Of a stretch of DNA of 64,000 bases, positions 12,458-23,700 are shown piece after piece. The DNA lies in the NCBI RefSeq assembly GCF_037042905.1, contig NC_087252.1, forward strand, positions 17,300,001-17,364,000. The letters run 5' to 3'. Numbering within the stretch: position 1 is the stretch's first letter; each line of letters opens with the position of its first letter. The translations under genes were made by a program, and so were the position numbers. The notes beneath the pieces were generated by a model that saw only the letters and a program-made list of their open reading frames with translations, was not told the origin of the DNA and made no database searches. The DNA comes from Lytechinus pictus (Eukaryota).

Positions 12458-15172
12458 TTAACCTGGCTTGTAGTCCTACGTTACGCCTTGTTATTGTGAT
12501 TTAGGATAACTTCATAGGGACTGCATTCGGGGTACTTGGAAAAATAGTGAAAGATTTCAGTTTTACGTAATATCTTTAAAATCTGTGGTATACAACTACA
12601 TGTATGTACTGTAACTGTAGTAATTGCATCATTTTTCAATCATGTACAGTTTTACAGATCAGCATTTTGCATGTACATGTCAATGCGGTAAAAAATATCA
12701 AATGATATTCATCTACTTTCACCAGTTTTGTCTTTAGCTTTATGGGTGATTATGAGTTTTTTAATATGATGAATAAAATCTTAGTTTCTTTGCAATACAT
12801 GGGTTGGCGTTACCATTTTTTTTTTTTTTTCAATTTCAATTTGTTCATGATATGACCCATGAAAATGCTAATGTTTGACCATTCTGTCTTTGATATAAAC
12901 AATGGTTGGCCAGTGAAAGAATTGCGAAAAGCATATAGGCCTATATGTGTATATTTCCTCGACAGCAATGTACATTAATTTTAATTAATTAATGAAATCT
13001 AACTTCTCAAATGATTTGCCCATATATCATTGGCGTACAGATGGGGGAGGGACCTGGGCTATCGACCCCAAAAGTTTTCATGACCATGATAAAAAAAGAA
13101 AAATGGAAAGAAAAGGAAACGAAAAGGGTTCAAATATTATATTATTATCTGAATATTACTTCAAAATCTGTCGCAAAACTAGATTTTTGTATCAAAACTG
13201 AACATGTTTCCTTGCTCGCTCGCCAATTTTTAGAAATTTAGCCCCATACACTATGTCTGGCTCCGTCGAAGTTTATGACTCATTACGCTTCTGGGTTGCA
13301 CTTCATTTCCCCTCTTACTCCCCTTAGCACCCCATCCAAGCTTAAAATGGTAGATTCATCATTTAACCACTGATAGCTTTGTCTCTCTAGAGCACTCGTA
13401 ATCACTCATCGTTACATGTTGTTTCTATTCACAGCACTTTGCCACATCTATCACTGTGCATTAGCAAATGTGCGTTAGACATTCATAATTTCCCTCCACC
13501 CGTTTGAATGCATGGGACTACAGTGAAGTATACTGCTGCTCAGCAATTACCTGTACATGCAGTGTTCTGTATGGTATTGTAATAAAACCTAATTTTGTTT
13601 TGCTCCTGAACTGTATAAGAAACATTATCCGTTGAAAAAATGCAGTGGAATTATGAAATTTCCAGCTCTGGCCAGACATTAATTCCGTACCTATTCTTTA
13701 ATATTGTACATGTAGTAAATTAAATCTTGAATAAAGGGCTCTTCAGATGAAACAAAAAATGGAGAGGATAAAGAAAACAAACTTAAGCACATGATTTTGT
13801 AATTTAGGAAATAAATTTGCGGATTTTGGATTGGAAATGGAACTGAAATTAATATCATTGATATTTCAAGTACATGTTCTAATAACTACCCCCGCCCCCT
13901 CCACTCTGTTGTTCTCTCTCTTCATCTGTGTAGGTTTATCTAATTCCTATACAAGAATTGATCCTTCTCTCTATCTCTCTCTCTTTTTCTCTTTCTCATG
14001 ATCTAATTAATTAGCAGTCTCTCTTCATCTGCCCTCCCCCTCTCTCTCTCTAGCTCCTGGTCTCCTCTACTGCTTCTCCTATTATCTCTCTTTCACAGTC
14101 TCTCTTTAATATTAGAAGTGATTTTCGTCTTCGCTTTGACAATTTTTTTTTCATCTCAAAATCTTTCACCTCTCAGTTTGCTTTGTTCAGCCTGATGAAC
14201 CCTCCAGATACCGATACTGTAATACTTGTAGATTTATGCTAAAGTGGGTTTTCATTTTCCCCTACTTGTACATCCAATCTTGAAGAGTGGTGTGATATCT
14301 CCCGTTTGGTGAGTGATGAATAGAAGCATGAATAATGCGCCCTTGACTGGGACACACATCTGGGAGATGTGAGCTTATCCAGTCTCATGCAATAGAGGGA
14401 TTTGATGATAGAGAAAGCATACATTGTTTTGAAGTATACTTTATTAAAGGCTGTATTTGCATGTACATATGTGCTTCCCATTTAGACTGAAAGGCATTTG
14501 CTACAAGTGCAGTTCAAAACATGGTTGTAATCCTGGTTTGACTTTTAAAAAATCTGAGCTAGAAGGTCACACTTGTCACCTGTGTCTGTGGTATGTTACA
14601 AAAATGAAGCCCAGAAAAACATTGCGTTTGAAAATAATTATTTAGTGCTTCAAAAATTGAAATATAAAGTGACCTAAAACACCATCTTAATTTCATCCCA
14701 TACACTTATGTGTACTATTTAGGCGTCTATAACACGCCTATTTACAAAATCGGGGTTTGCCTTGTAGTTTTAGCTTTTCATTCTCAATAATGTTTGTTTT
14801 CAGGGTTTATTAGTTCTAATACATGCACTTGTACACATGTTTCATCTTGGTTTGAGAATTTTTTAAAGGAGAATGAAACTCTTGGAGCAAGTTAGCTTTT
14901 GTGAAAGCAGAAAAATCAAAGAATAAGATCAACAAAACTTTGAGAAAAATAGGACTAGCAATAAAAGAGTTATGAGCATTTGAATGTCGAGATCACTAAT
15001 GCTATGGAGATCCTCCCATTGGCAATGCGACCAAGATCTGTGATTTGTTAACAAATTTTCGGCATTACTCCTATTTGTTTAAGATCAGTATGCTCGATCT
15101 GTAAATGAAAATCATAAGATCAGTATGCTCGATCTGTAATGAAAATCATATGATCATAAGTCAGAAAAAATT

Positions 15173-15245
15173 GGAACCAGTGGGATTCGAACCTGCCATC
15201 TACTGCTTTCCGGGCAGCGACTCAACCACCAGGCTATTCTGGTTC
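15173..15245 (-). pseudogene. tRNA-like sequence, copy 1 (repeat-borne, probably not a translational tRNA)
   Basis: 7-bp acceptor stem GAACCAG/CTGGTTC, anticodon stem GCTGC/GCAGT with loop CCGGAAA, B box GGTTCGAATCCC, T6 run downstream; T-stem has two mismatches and position 33 is C. Confidence 0.7.
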
Positions 15246-15505
15246 ACGGCTAAGTCACGATGAACTGGAATTCAAATACCCTCGATCCTCTTCTTTCTGA
15301 CTCATTAATATTCAAATACCGTCCGCCGTGGACAATAGATAGTAAATTAAGAGGCTTTTATAGGAGGAAATTATAATTTGTTAACAAATTTTCGGCATTA
15401 CTCCTATTTGTTTAAGATCAGTATGCTCGATCTGTAAATGAAAATCATAAGATCAGTATGCTCGATCTGTAATGAAAATCATATGATCATAAGTCAGAAA
15501 AAATT

Positions 15506-15578
15506 GGAACCAGTGGGATTCGAACCTGCCATCTACTGCTTTCCGGGCAGCGACTCAACCACCAGGCTATTCTGGTTC
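15506..15578 (-). pseudogene. tRNA-like sequence, copy 2
   Basis: Identical to 15173-15245, offset by 333 bp. Confidence 0.7.
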
Positions 15579-17309
15579 ATGGCTAAGTCACGATGAACTG
15601 GAATTCAAATACCCTCGATCCTCTTCTTTCTGACTCATTAATATTCAAATACCGTCCGCCGTGGACAATAGATAGTAAATTAAGAGGCTTTTTCTGACTT
15701 ATGATCATATGATTTTCATTACAGATCGAGCATACTGATCTTATGATTTTCATTTACAGATCGAGCATACTGATCTTAAAACAAATAGGAGTAATGCCGA
15801 AAATTTGTTAACAAATTATAATTTCCTCCTATAAAAGCCTCTTAATTTATTAAGATCTGTGATGTCACACACGTACAACTCTCCCATTTGGACACTGAAA
15901 ATATACCCCAAAACATCTCTTTTTGCTCATTCTAATCATATGACAAACGATTCATCAATGATATAATGTTGTGAAACCTCTGTACTTGTCATCTCATAAA
16001 GAGAACACCTCACCTTGTGATAGACTCTATAAAAGTGAGAATATAAGTGAAATAAGTACTAAAGTAATGAGGGAGTTGTACGTGTGTGATATCACAGATC
16101 TTGGTCGCATTGCCATTGGGAGGATCTACATGGCACTAGTGATCTCAATATTCAAATGCTCATAACTTTCTTATTATTCATTCAATCTTCCTCAAACTTT
16201 CAACAATATGTTTCTTTGATTTTTCTCTTTGATATGGATTCAGCTGGTTTCAAGGGTTTCATTCTCCTTTAAACCGGCTGCTCACAAAGTTAAACAATAC
16301 CTTTAAGGTAAAAGACAGTAGTTGCAACAAACAATTATTTCGTATTAAAGAAAGTCTTTTAAATCAAGCTTAATTGTCAAAATATTATCTAGATCTGGTA
16401 CATTAATGTAAACTTATTTTTTGTAAAACCAAGAAATCTTAGCTCAAAATTAATAGTTCTGATGATCACTAGCACAGAAAAGCATGTGTGACAGTGTATT
16501 AATATTGCTTCGAAAAATACCCGACATTTGATAGAATTCTGTGCTTATTTTGCTATTTCTCAGCAATTACTCATTTTCTTCAGAGCAATTTGGCACATAC
16601 TTTTTGTTGAAATAAATTTTATACAAACATTTTGGTGGTAATTTAATTGGATTCTGTTTGTACTCATTTTGAGATCATTACCACAACTGGTATTTATCTT
16701 AAAATGCTAATCCTATGCTAATCACAAAAATAAAATCATGCATTATTCAGAGTTAGTTTTCACAAGAGATAGTTTTGGGTAGTTCATACATGATTGCATT
16801 CTTTCTCATTTCATCAAAATGTTGATCGTAAACACCACACGTAAAACTCTGAAGTCTGAACAGGTGCATTTGATGATTGGCGCTTCTCCAAAGGATCTTG
16901 GGTAGCACACATGTACATGTAAATATGACATCAATTCCTAGATATGTGTTTCAATTACACCACTATTCATTTCCATTTTTATCAAAATTTCTATATATAT
17001 AACAAGGGAATACTCACTAAAAACACTGCACATCCCGAGACATGAACTCTCTTTTAAAGGTGCAACATACATACATGTACCTGCCTAACCCGCCAACTGC
17101 TACATAGGAACAGTTCTGATTTTCAGTGAAAGAAAGAGCCTCACAAAGGCATGGTATCCCTACTTTTCGTGAAAATCTTCCTGTACTTTTCAAATGTGTA
17201 TTTAAACTCTGCATTGTCCCTTTGATCAGCCTTCATATTCCTGTTTTGTCCTATTTTCTGGGCCATATCTAAGCAAGATGTGAACATATTCTATACCAGT
17301 GACAGATGG

Positions 17310-17826
17310 TATACAAATAGCGAATAGGCATGAGTGCGATGGTGCGATATTTCGCATGAGGTGAAAGAAAGATGCTCTATTCAACGAGGCATTAGCCGAG
17401 TTGAATAGAGCGTTTCTTTCTTTCACCGAATGCGAAATCTCGCACCATTGCACGAATAAGAATATTCGCTATTTGTGTTGTACAACGCCTCGGAATTTAC
17501 CGAAAATATGATAAAACTAAGAGTTTATCCCTATAGTAATCTATGAAAACGGAAAAAAAATATCGAAAGCAGTAAGCAAAATCCCACAAGCGCACATGAC
17601 CTTGGGCAGCCTTGCGCATTTAGCCAGCAGGCTTATACGCGTATTGTTCATTTTTACTGAGCGCAATGAATTAAATCGTATTGTGACGTCACCTACTAAA
17701 GCCGTGCAACGGTACATTTTGGACGGTACATTTTGGATGGTACGTCTTTTGTGCAACGGTACGAATGTTTGACATTCAGCCTCCCATTTGCTCGCGTACA
17801 ACAAGCTAAGTAGGCGTTGTACAATA
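17310..17826. mobile_element. Double-palindrome non-autonomous element (Crypton-like, tentative)
   Basis: ~165-bp imperfect hairpin 17312-17478 centred on GAGGCATTAGCCGAG, followed by a second inverted pair TTGTACAACGCCT / AGGCGTTGTACAA. Confidence 0.6.
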
Positions 17827-18639
17827 TACAGTGTACACGTATGTAAGGAAGTTAGGACAGAAGGCTTTACATTGTCTTTCTTATAAATCCAAGGGATGTC
17901 ATTTTGTCTGAAGGAGAGCAGCAATGAACATCTCTTCTTTGATCGTTTAACAGGCTCATTCCTACAACAGCTATACTAACTTAATACATAATCAGGTATA
18001 ATGTAATTTACAATGTAGATTACAATGTAAAAGGACAATGTAATTTATCAGGTAAAAAATTTAGAAATTACAATAAGCAAATGGCTGAACCAAATGTTTT
18101 CAAAACGTGAACAAAAGTTTTTCACTCAGTCATTCAATCGGGAAGTCAACACTGAATTTACATTAGAACACATCTCATTAATATTCTGTATAGGTTGTCA
18201 GAGGAGCTCTTTACATGCTCACATTTATCTACAGTACATGTTTTTGGTACACATTTTTAATGCTATTCTTAATTTTGGGTTATTATAGGCTCATGTAATT
18301 TTTTTGTATTTTGGGGAGGCTGTGACACCTCTACTTCACTTTCTCTGTCTGTCTATCCCCAACTCCTCCTGTCAACCATTCTCCCCAACCCCCCTCTTTC
18401 CAAATCTCAATATTTTAGAAAAAAAGAAGAAAAAAATAGTGGTATTGGCTATTTTTTATTTGAAATTAAAAGCGTTTATAGGTGATAATTTGATATTCTT
18501 TCTTCTCCCCCCCCCAATACTCTCCCTTTTCACTGTTTGGAATATTACATACATGTAGGGAGGAGCCCTTGCCCCTGAGCCCTAGGCTATTTACATGTAG
18601 CATAGCAGGGTCACATGATTATATTATTTAGTAATACAT

Positions 18640-18876
18640 GAGATTTGTATAGCGCACTTTCCATCTTGATCAGATGCTCAAGGCACTTCAGAGCAGAACA
18701 AGAAAACCTATACATATATAATACATGTCTGAACAATGCGTCAATGTCTAGATCAAAAAGCACTCTTTATATACAGGTATGTTTTCAGGTTGCCCTTGAA
18801 GGTGGTCACTGAAGTCTGGGTTTTCAAACTCTGTGGGAGATAATTCCACAGGCTAGGCCCTGCATGAGCAAATGAG
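18640..18876 (-). mobile_element. L2/CR1-type LINE 3' end remnant
   Basis: Reverse strand translates SFAHAGPSLWNYLPQSLKTQTSVTTFKGNLKTYL, the same C-terminal motif as the 33581 ORF, followed by a GCGCTATACAAAT tail. Confidence 0.75.
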
Positions 18877-20279
18877 ATATTTATATTAATAAGATATTTG
18901 TTATCTGCCTATTATTCCTATTTTGTAATATTAAAAATGGATGGTGAACATACTGTTACAGTGTATACACTGTACATGTATATACCAATGTTGGAGCTTG
19001 GAGATAAACGAGAGACCATTTTATTATTTGCCCTTGGAAAGGCCCCCACTGGCAGTGCAATATTAAAAAATAATCGATGATACATCAGTGTTTATAAGGT
19101 GTGTGACATATATGATAATGAATGCTCAATACATGTCAGGTTGTTCATTAAGAGTGTCTATGTACGAAATGCCCAGGCTCAACTTAAAGGCCCAAATTCA
19201 CAATGGTGGTTTTGAGAACCACCGGTAGAACCCAATGGTTTTATATGCAGATTTCCTGTAAAAATTATGCGTAATATGCCACATAAAGGCCCATATACTG
19301 AAAAAGTGTCCAATGCTGATGCGCGCTTTTGTCACAGTGCGGTAAATTGACGCCTTGCACCGTGATCAAGTATGCTATTTTATTTTGAGTCAACTATTTA
19401 CAATTAGTGAGCCCAATGTTAAAACAGTGGACTGTTAAATAAAATAACGTAGTTAACTATGGCAACAGGCGTCAATTTGGAACGCTGTGTCAAAAGCGCG
19501 CATCAGTATTGGATATTTGATTAATATACATGTACGCGGTAAATAAGCATAATTTATGCAGGAAATCTGCACAAACCTTGGGTTCAACAGATAATTTTTA
19601 AAACCACCTTTGTGAATTTGGACCAAAGGGGGTATAGGCCTATTAGGCTGTAAATACTGATAAAGAGCAAACATCAACAACCAGAACACCAAAAGTTGCA
19701 TCAACATCGATAGAGAATGAAGAATTTCATCCTCATTATTCAAGTTTGGCAATATTTTGTTGAAACACATATATATATTAGCATGCCCTTATTAATATAG
19801 GTGGGCTGATGGTGTCATGCCCCCTACTACAGTACTAAAATTCATTTAATATTGAGTATATTTTGTGATTAAAGATGTTTCCTTTGTAACGAACTTTGCA
19901 TTGAAGAGTTCATAAAATTTCAGTTGGGGAATCTAGGGATCAATAACTATTAAGATGCTGATCGCAAAAAAGGTGTGTTTTTATGTGGTTTGTGAGATAC
20001 TGAACAAAATCAGCATGAAACAGATTTAAAAATCCCTCTCTTTGAATTTGAAAACTTTGATAAATTGTAGATGTTTTTACAAATGATATGGACTTTACAT
20101 TGCAGGGATTTTCCCCTGATATTCTCTGTATCTCTCTTTCTTCCTGGCTCTGCTTCCCTCTCTACACCCCCACTTTCTCTAGACTACCTTTGCTCCCCAC
20201 CCCTCCCTGTTTACTGTCTCCCTCTATCTCCCCTTCTCCCCCCTGTACCTTTCCTCTTCCATCTGTGTGGATGTATGCT

Positions 20280-20515
20280 GGTTAAGTGTTTCTGATTCTC
20301 ACATCATGATCATGAGGTTGTAGGTTCAAATCCGTTGTCAGTGAACTTCAGGCGGTATTTCCTTCAGCAAGAAAATTTATCCGCACTGACTGCAGTCAAC
20401 CCAGGTGAGGCAAATCGGTTACCTGGTAGGATTCCTTGAACGCTTTCACGTCTATATAGCGGCTTGGCTACAGTTGGAGTAATAATATGAAATGTGTATG
20501 AAGTACTATAGCGTG
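20280..20515 (+). mobile_element. Degenerate tRNA-derived SINE just upstream of ABCG exon A
   Basis: GGTTCAAATCC B box and atttccttcagcaagaaa...tcaacccaggtgagg core shared with 24328-24597. Confidence 0.7.
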
Positions 20516-20579
20516 TACTTTTACATGTAAGAATTGTGTTATATAAATTGACCTCCATGTTTATGATCTCCCAATACAG

Positions 20580-20777
20580 AACTGCAAGAGAGGAAGTCCC
20601 CGGAGCTTGTTCTATCCGCTGGTCCAAGCCCCATGGCCACCCTCAAGAAGTACGAAGCCAGGACGCCAGACACCCAACGCTTGACCAACCTACCCAGTAG
20701 ACCACCGGTCAAACTAGAGTTTGAAGATATCACGTACAGCGTCCAGGTCGGCGGGAGCTGCTGTAGGAGGCAAAGAG
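20580..20777 (+). CDS. ABCG1: ABCG exon A (first in-window coding exon; ATG at 20633)
   Basis: Acceptor atacag|A at 20579/20580, donor AG|gtatgt at 20777/20778; encodes MATLKK...[21 protein letters not shown], resembling the ABCG1 pre-NBD segment. Confidence 0.85.
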
Positions 20778-23700
20778 GTATGTTGGCCCGACTAAAGTTT
20801 AGAAATATCACCCTGTTTTGTGGTTCATGCTATATAACCTTAAGGCCTGGTTCCACTGGCCGACGGACACAAAACGTACTCATAACGAATACAGAGGACA
20901 AGGAAAATTTCAGGGTGGCTCCATCCGTTATCATCCGCTCCAGACAATGGACAAAATGGGTGAACAAGGAAATCGCAATGGACGGATGCTCGATGGATAT
21001 AGAGCGTATGAAACACATATGCAAAAGAGTATACAACGGATACATTACGTTTTCCAACGGATGACACTGTAAATTACATCCTCTCTGCATCCGTAAGTGC
21101 AGTTATACCAAGCCTTATAGTAGCTCAAAATGCAGAAAACATTTATGTTTTGAAGTCCTTGTGATTTGTGACATTCCATAATCGCAATTCAAAATAGGGT
21201 GATATTTCTAAAATGCTTTTTTGGTAAGATGGTGGGGAGGGTGCTGATATCCTGAGGTACTCTAGCCCCCCCCCCCCCCACACACACAGGAATTATCAGA
21301 TAGGGTAAAGTCAGACAAACATAGTAATGAATATTTCAAATATCATCAAATTTGTGCAAGGCATAATAAAGTTATGACATTTTAAAGCTTTGCATTATTT
21401 TGGTGAAACAGTTCTATGTATGTCTTCATTAATATGCAATGAGTAAGCTGACAATGTCATATCCTTTCTTATTTTTTGCACTTCACTATATATAATTATT
21501 TATTTAAATTTTGTCAATCTAAAATCAAACCAACTGGATTGACTTCTACTGTAATTCAATGATATCCTGATTTGTTATCACATTTTGATGAAATTTTCAA
21601 TGTTTTGCTGGGTGGAAATTTACTTTAAAAAATAAATATAGTCATTTTTAGCCCGGAGTACCCCTTTAAATGGATAAAAACACTATCTTACATTCTAGGA
21701 TTTGTCAACATACATGCATCAAAGACCACAAATTCTGAAGATATTCACTTTCCAATTGTGAATATAGACATTGCTTTCAAACAAAACATTCAGTCTTGTC
21801 TGGACACATACAATCAACATTTAGTTATGCCTAGCCTGGCCAATGGCCTTGTCCATATCATATACAATTTCCACACAGTAAAAAGAAAAGAAAAGAAAAC
21901 GAATTTCAAAGAATCAATGAAATATCATTTTCTAAAAAATATAAAAATGTACTTTATTTTATCTTCAGAGTATCAACAGACAAAATTATTTCACACTGCC
22001 TCCTGAAAGAAGGATTTTTTTGTCATTAACCATTCAAAAATTCATATTTATACATTTTAAATTGTATATGGGGCAGCTGCTCATATACCAGTACATACAG
22101 TATGACATCACATATTAAAAATTCTAATTAAATTCTAATTACTTCCTTTTTAATGTTCATGGATGTCCTCTAATATCTACCCTTTAAACAAGTGACTGAT
22201 GGACACAAAGACACGTTATTGAGAGAGAGAGGCCGTTCTCATTAAAACTGATTCAGGAAACCAGTTTGGAAGATCGCTTTGCTAGCGTTCCCACTTAATC
22301 ACACGAAAGTGGTTTTCAAAATCACTTCACGTAAAGCGATCTTGTTGCTGTGGAAACGCTCTCAGTGGGATAACACGTTTGGCGCGAAATTCGAAACTGC
22401 AGCGTAGGCATTCTACACCTGTCGTGTGGGAGTTGTGCGCTCAAAATGTGCGAAGATCGCTTCCCGAAGAACGGTTGTGTCCTCACTTAAGCTAAAACCA
22501 GTTTAGCATAGCGATCTTGAAAATTAATTCGCAAGGTGGTTTTCTGAACCGGTTTGGAAGATCGCTTCGACCGTTCTCACTACACGTTAAACTAGTTTTC
22601 ACTAAACTAGTTTCCAGTAAACTAGTTTTTGAAGGTAGTAAGAACGGTGTCAGAGAGAGAGAGAGAGAGAGAGAAAGAGGGAGAGAGGTTGAAAGTGTCA
22701 TTGTCGCCATCTAGAGACTAAGTTGAAATGTGATGTCAGAGATAAATCGATTCATCTACATGACCGTATACAGCTAAATTACAATAGGCACTTAGACAGA
22801 AACAAGGAAGCTATCAACACTTTCATGATGATAAATGTATTTTGCTATCCTATAACGATAAACAAGTCCCTGTTGGTTCAAGCATAGTCTGCAGATGCAG
22901 ACCTTGATTGAAACTTTGATCAACAAGTGGGTCTCCATGCAAAGACTAGCACATACATACTTGCTATTTGAATTCATGAGGGCCTTCAGTACACCATGGA
23001 CCTACTAGCAAGTAGGTCCATGATATACACAGCATTATAGTCTGCACATGCAGACCCTTGTTAACTTGAGTGAAACGTTTTGCAAAGCAGACTAGTTCAA
23101 GCATGTATGCTGCATTAGACCCTGCTTACATACCTTCCCGGGGAGCGTTTCGTGAAAGGATTTGTCAGACGTTTCATCCAACAAGTCCCATTTTATCTGA
23201 CAGTTTCCACAGTAACATTGCTTCTCAGCAAATGAAAATCAGGGAAAGATGTCAGATCTGGGCCCTGTCTTACGAATCAACCACAACTATGGAAAGCCAG
23301 CAACGTCAACATCTAAAATATATGTTTGTTCAAAATATAATCATACATTCATAGTTTTCTTGAAAATTCAGTGTGCTTCTTTTTTGTTTACAAAGGACTT
23401 TGTGCAAATTTCCTGAAAAAAAAATGTATGATGTTGACGTATTTCCATATACTGTGTTAAATGACTTTGATATTAAGATTGAATAGCCTCATAATGGTAG
23501 ACATCTAGGAGAAGAATAATCATGCAAAAAATGGTGACATATGACCTTGATCTTAACCTTTTAGAGAGAAAATATATGCTGTAGGTATGGGACGCAGAAA
23601 AAATACAATTTTTAAAACATTTTGTTCAAGTTGAGAATTCTCTGAAAGTATTTCATTTGACAACTTGTAACTTAGTGTTATAGAAGTCACAACACTCTTA

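Larger units (their letters stand above)
15045..15851 (-). mobile_element. Retroposed concatemer of a 333-bp tRNA-like unit with an inverted terminal segment
   Basis: Direct copies at 15045-15377 and 15378-~15690, inverted partial copy ~15690-15850, 12-bp TSD AAGATCTGTGAT at 15033-15044 and 15852-15863. Confidence 0.8.
14867..16268. mobile_element. TTAA-flanked long-TIR MITE (Kolobok-like), interrupted by the insertion at 15045-15851
   Basis: TTAA|AGGAGAATGAAAC ... GTTTCATTCTCCT|TTAA; imperfect inverted repeats of ~200 bp. Confidence 0.85.

Noticed and set aside
15173..15578. Functional tRNA-Ser(GGA) genes
   Set aside because: T-stem mismatches, C at position 33, no long variable arm, and located inside a TSD-flanked insertion.
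20778..21064. Continuation of ORF 20633-21064 past the donor
   Set aside because: Intron read-through into a MITE; ABCG similarity resumes at 27498 in the correct phase.
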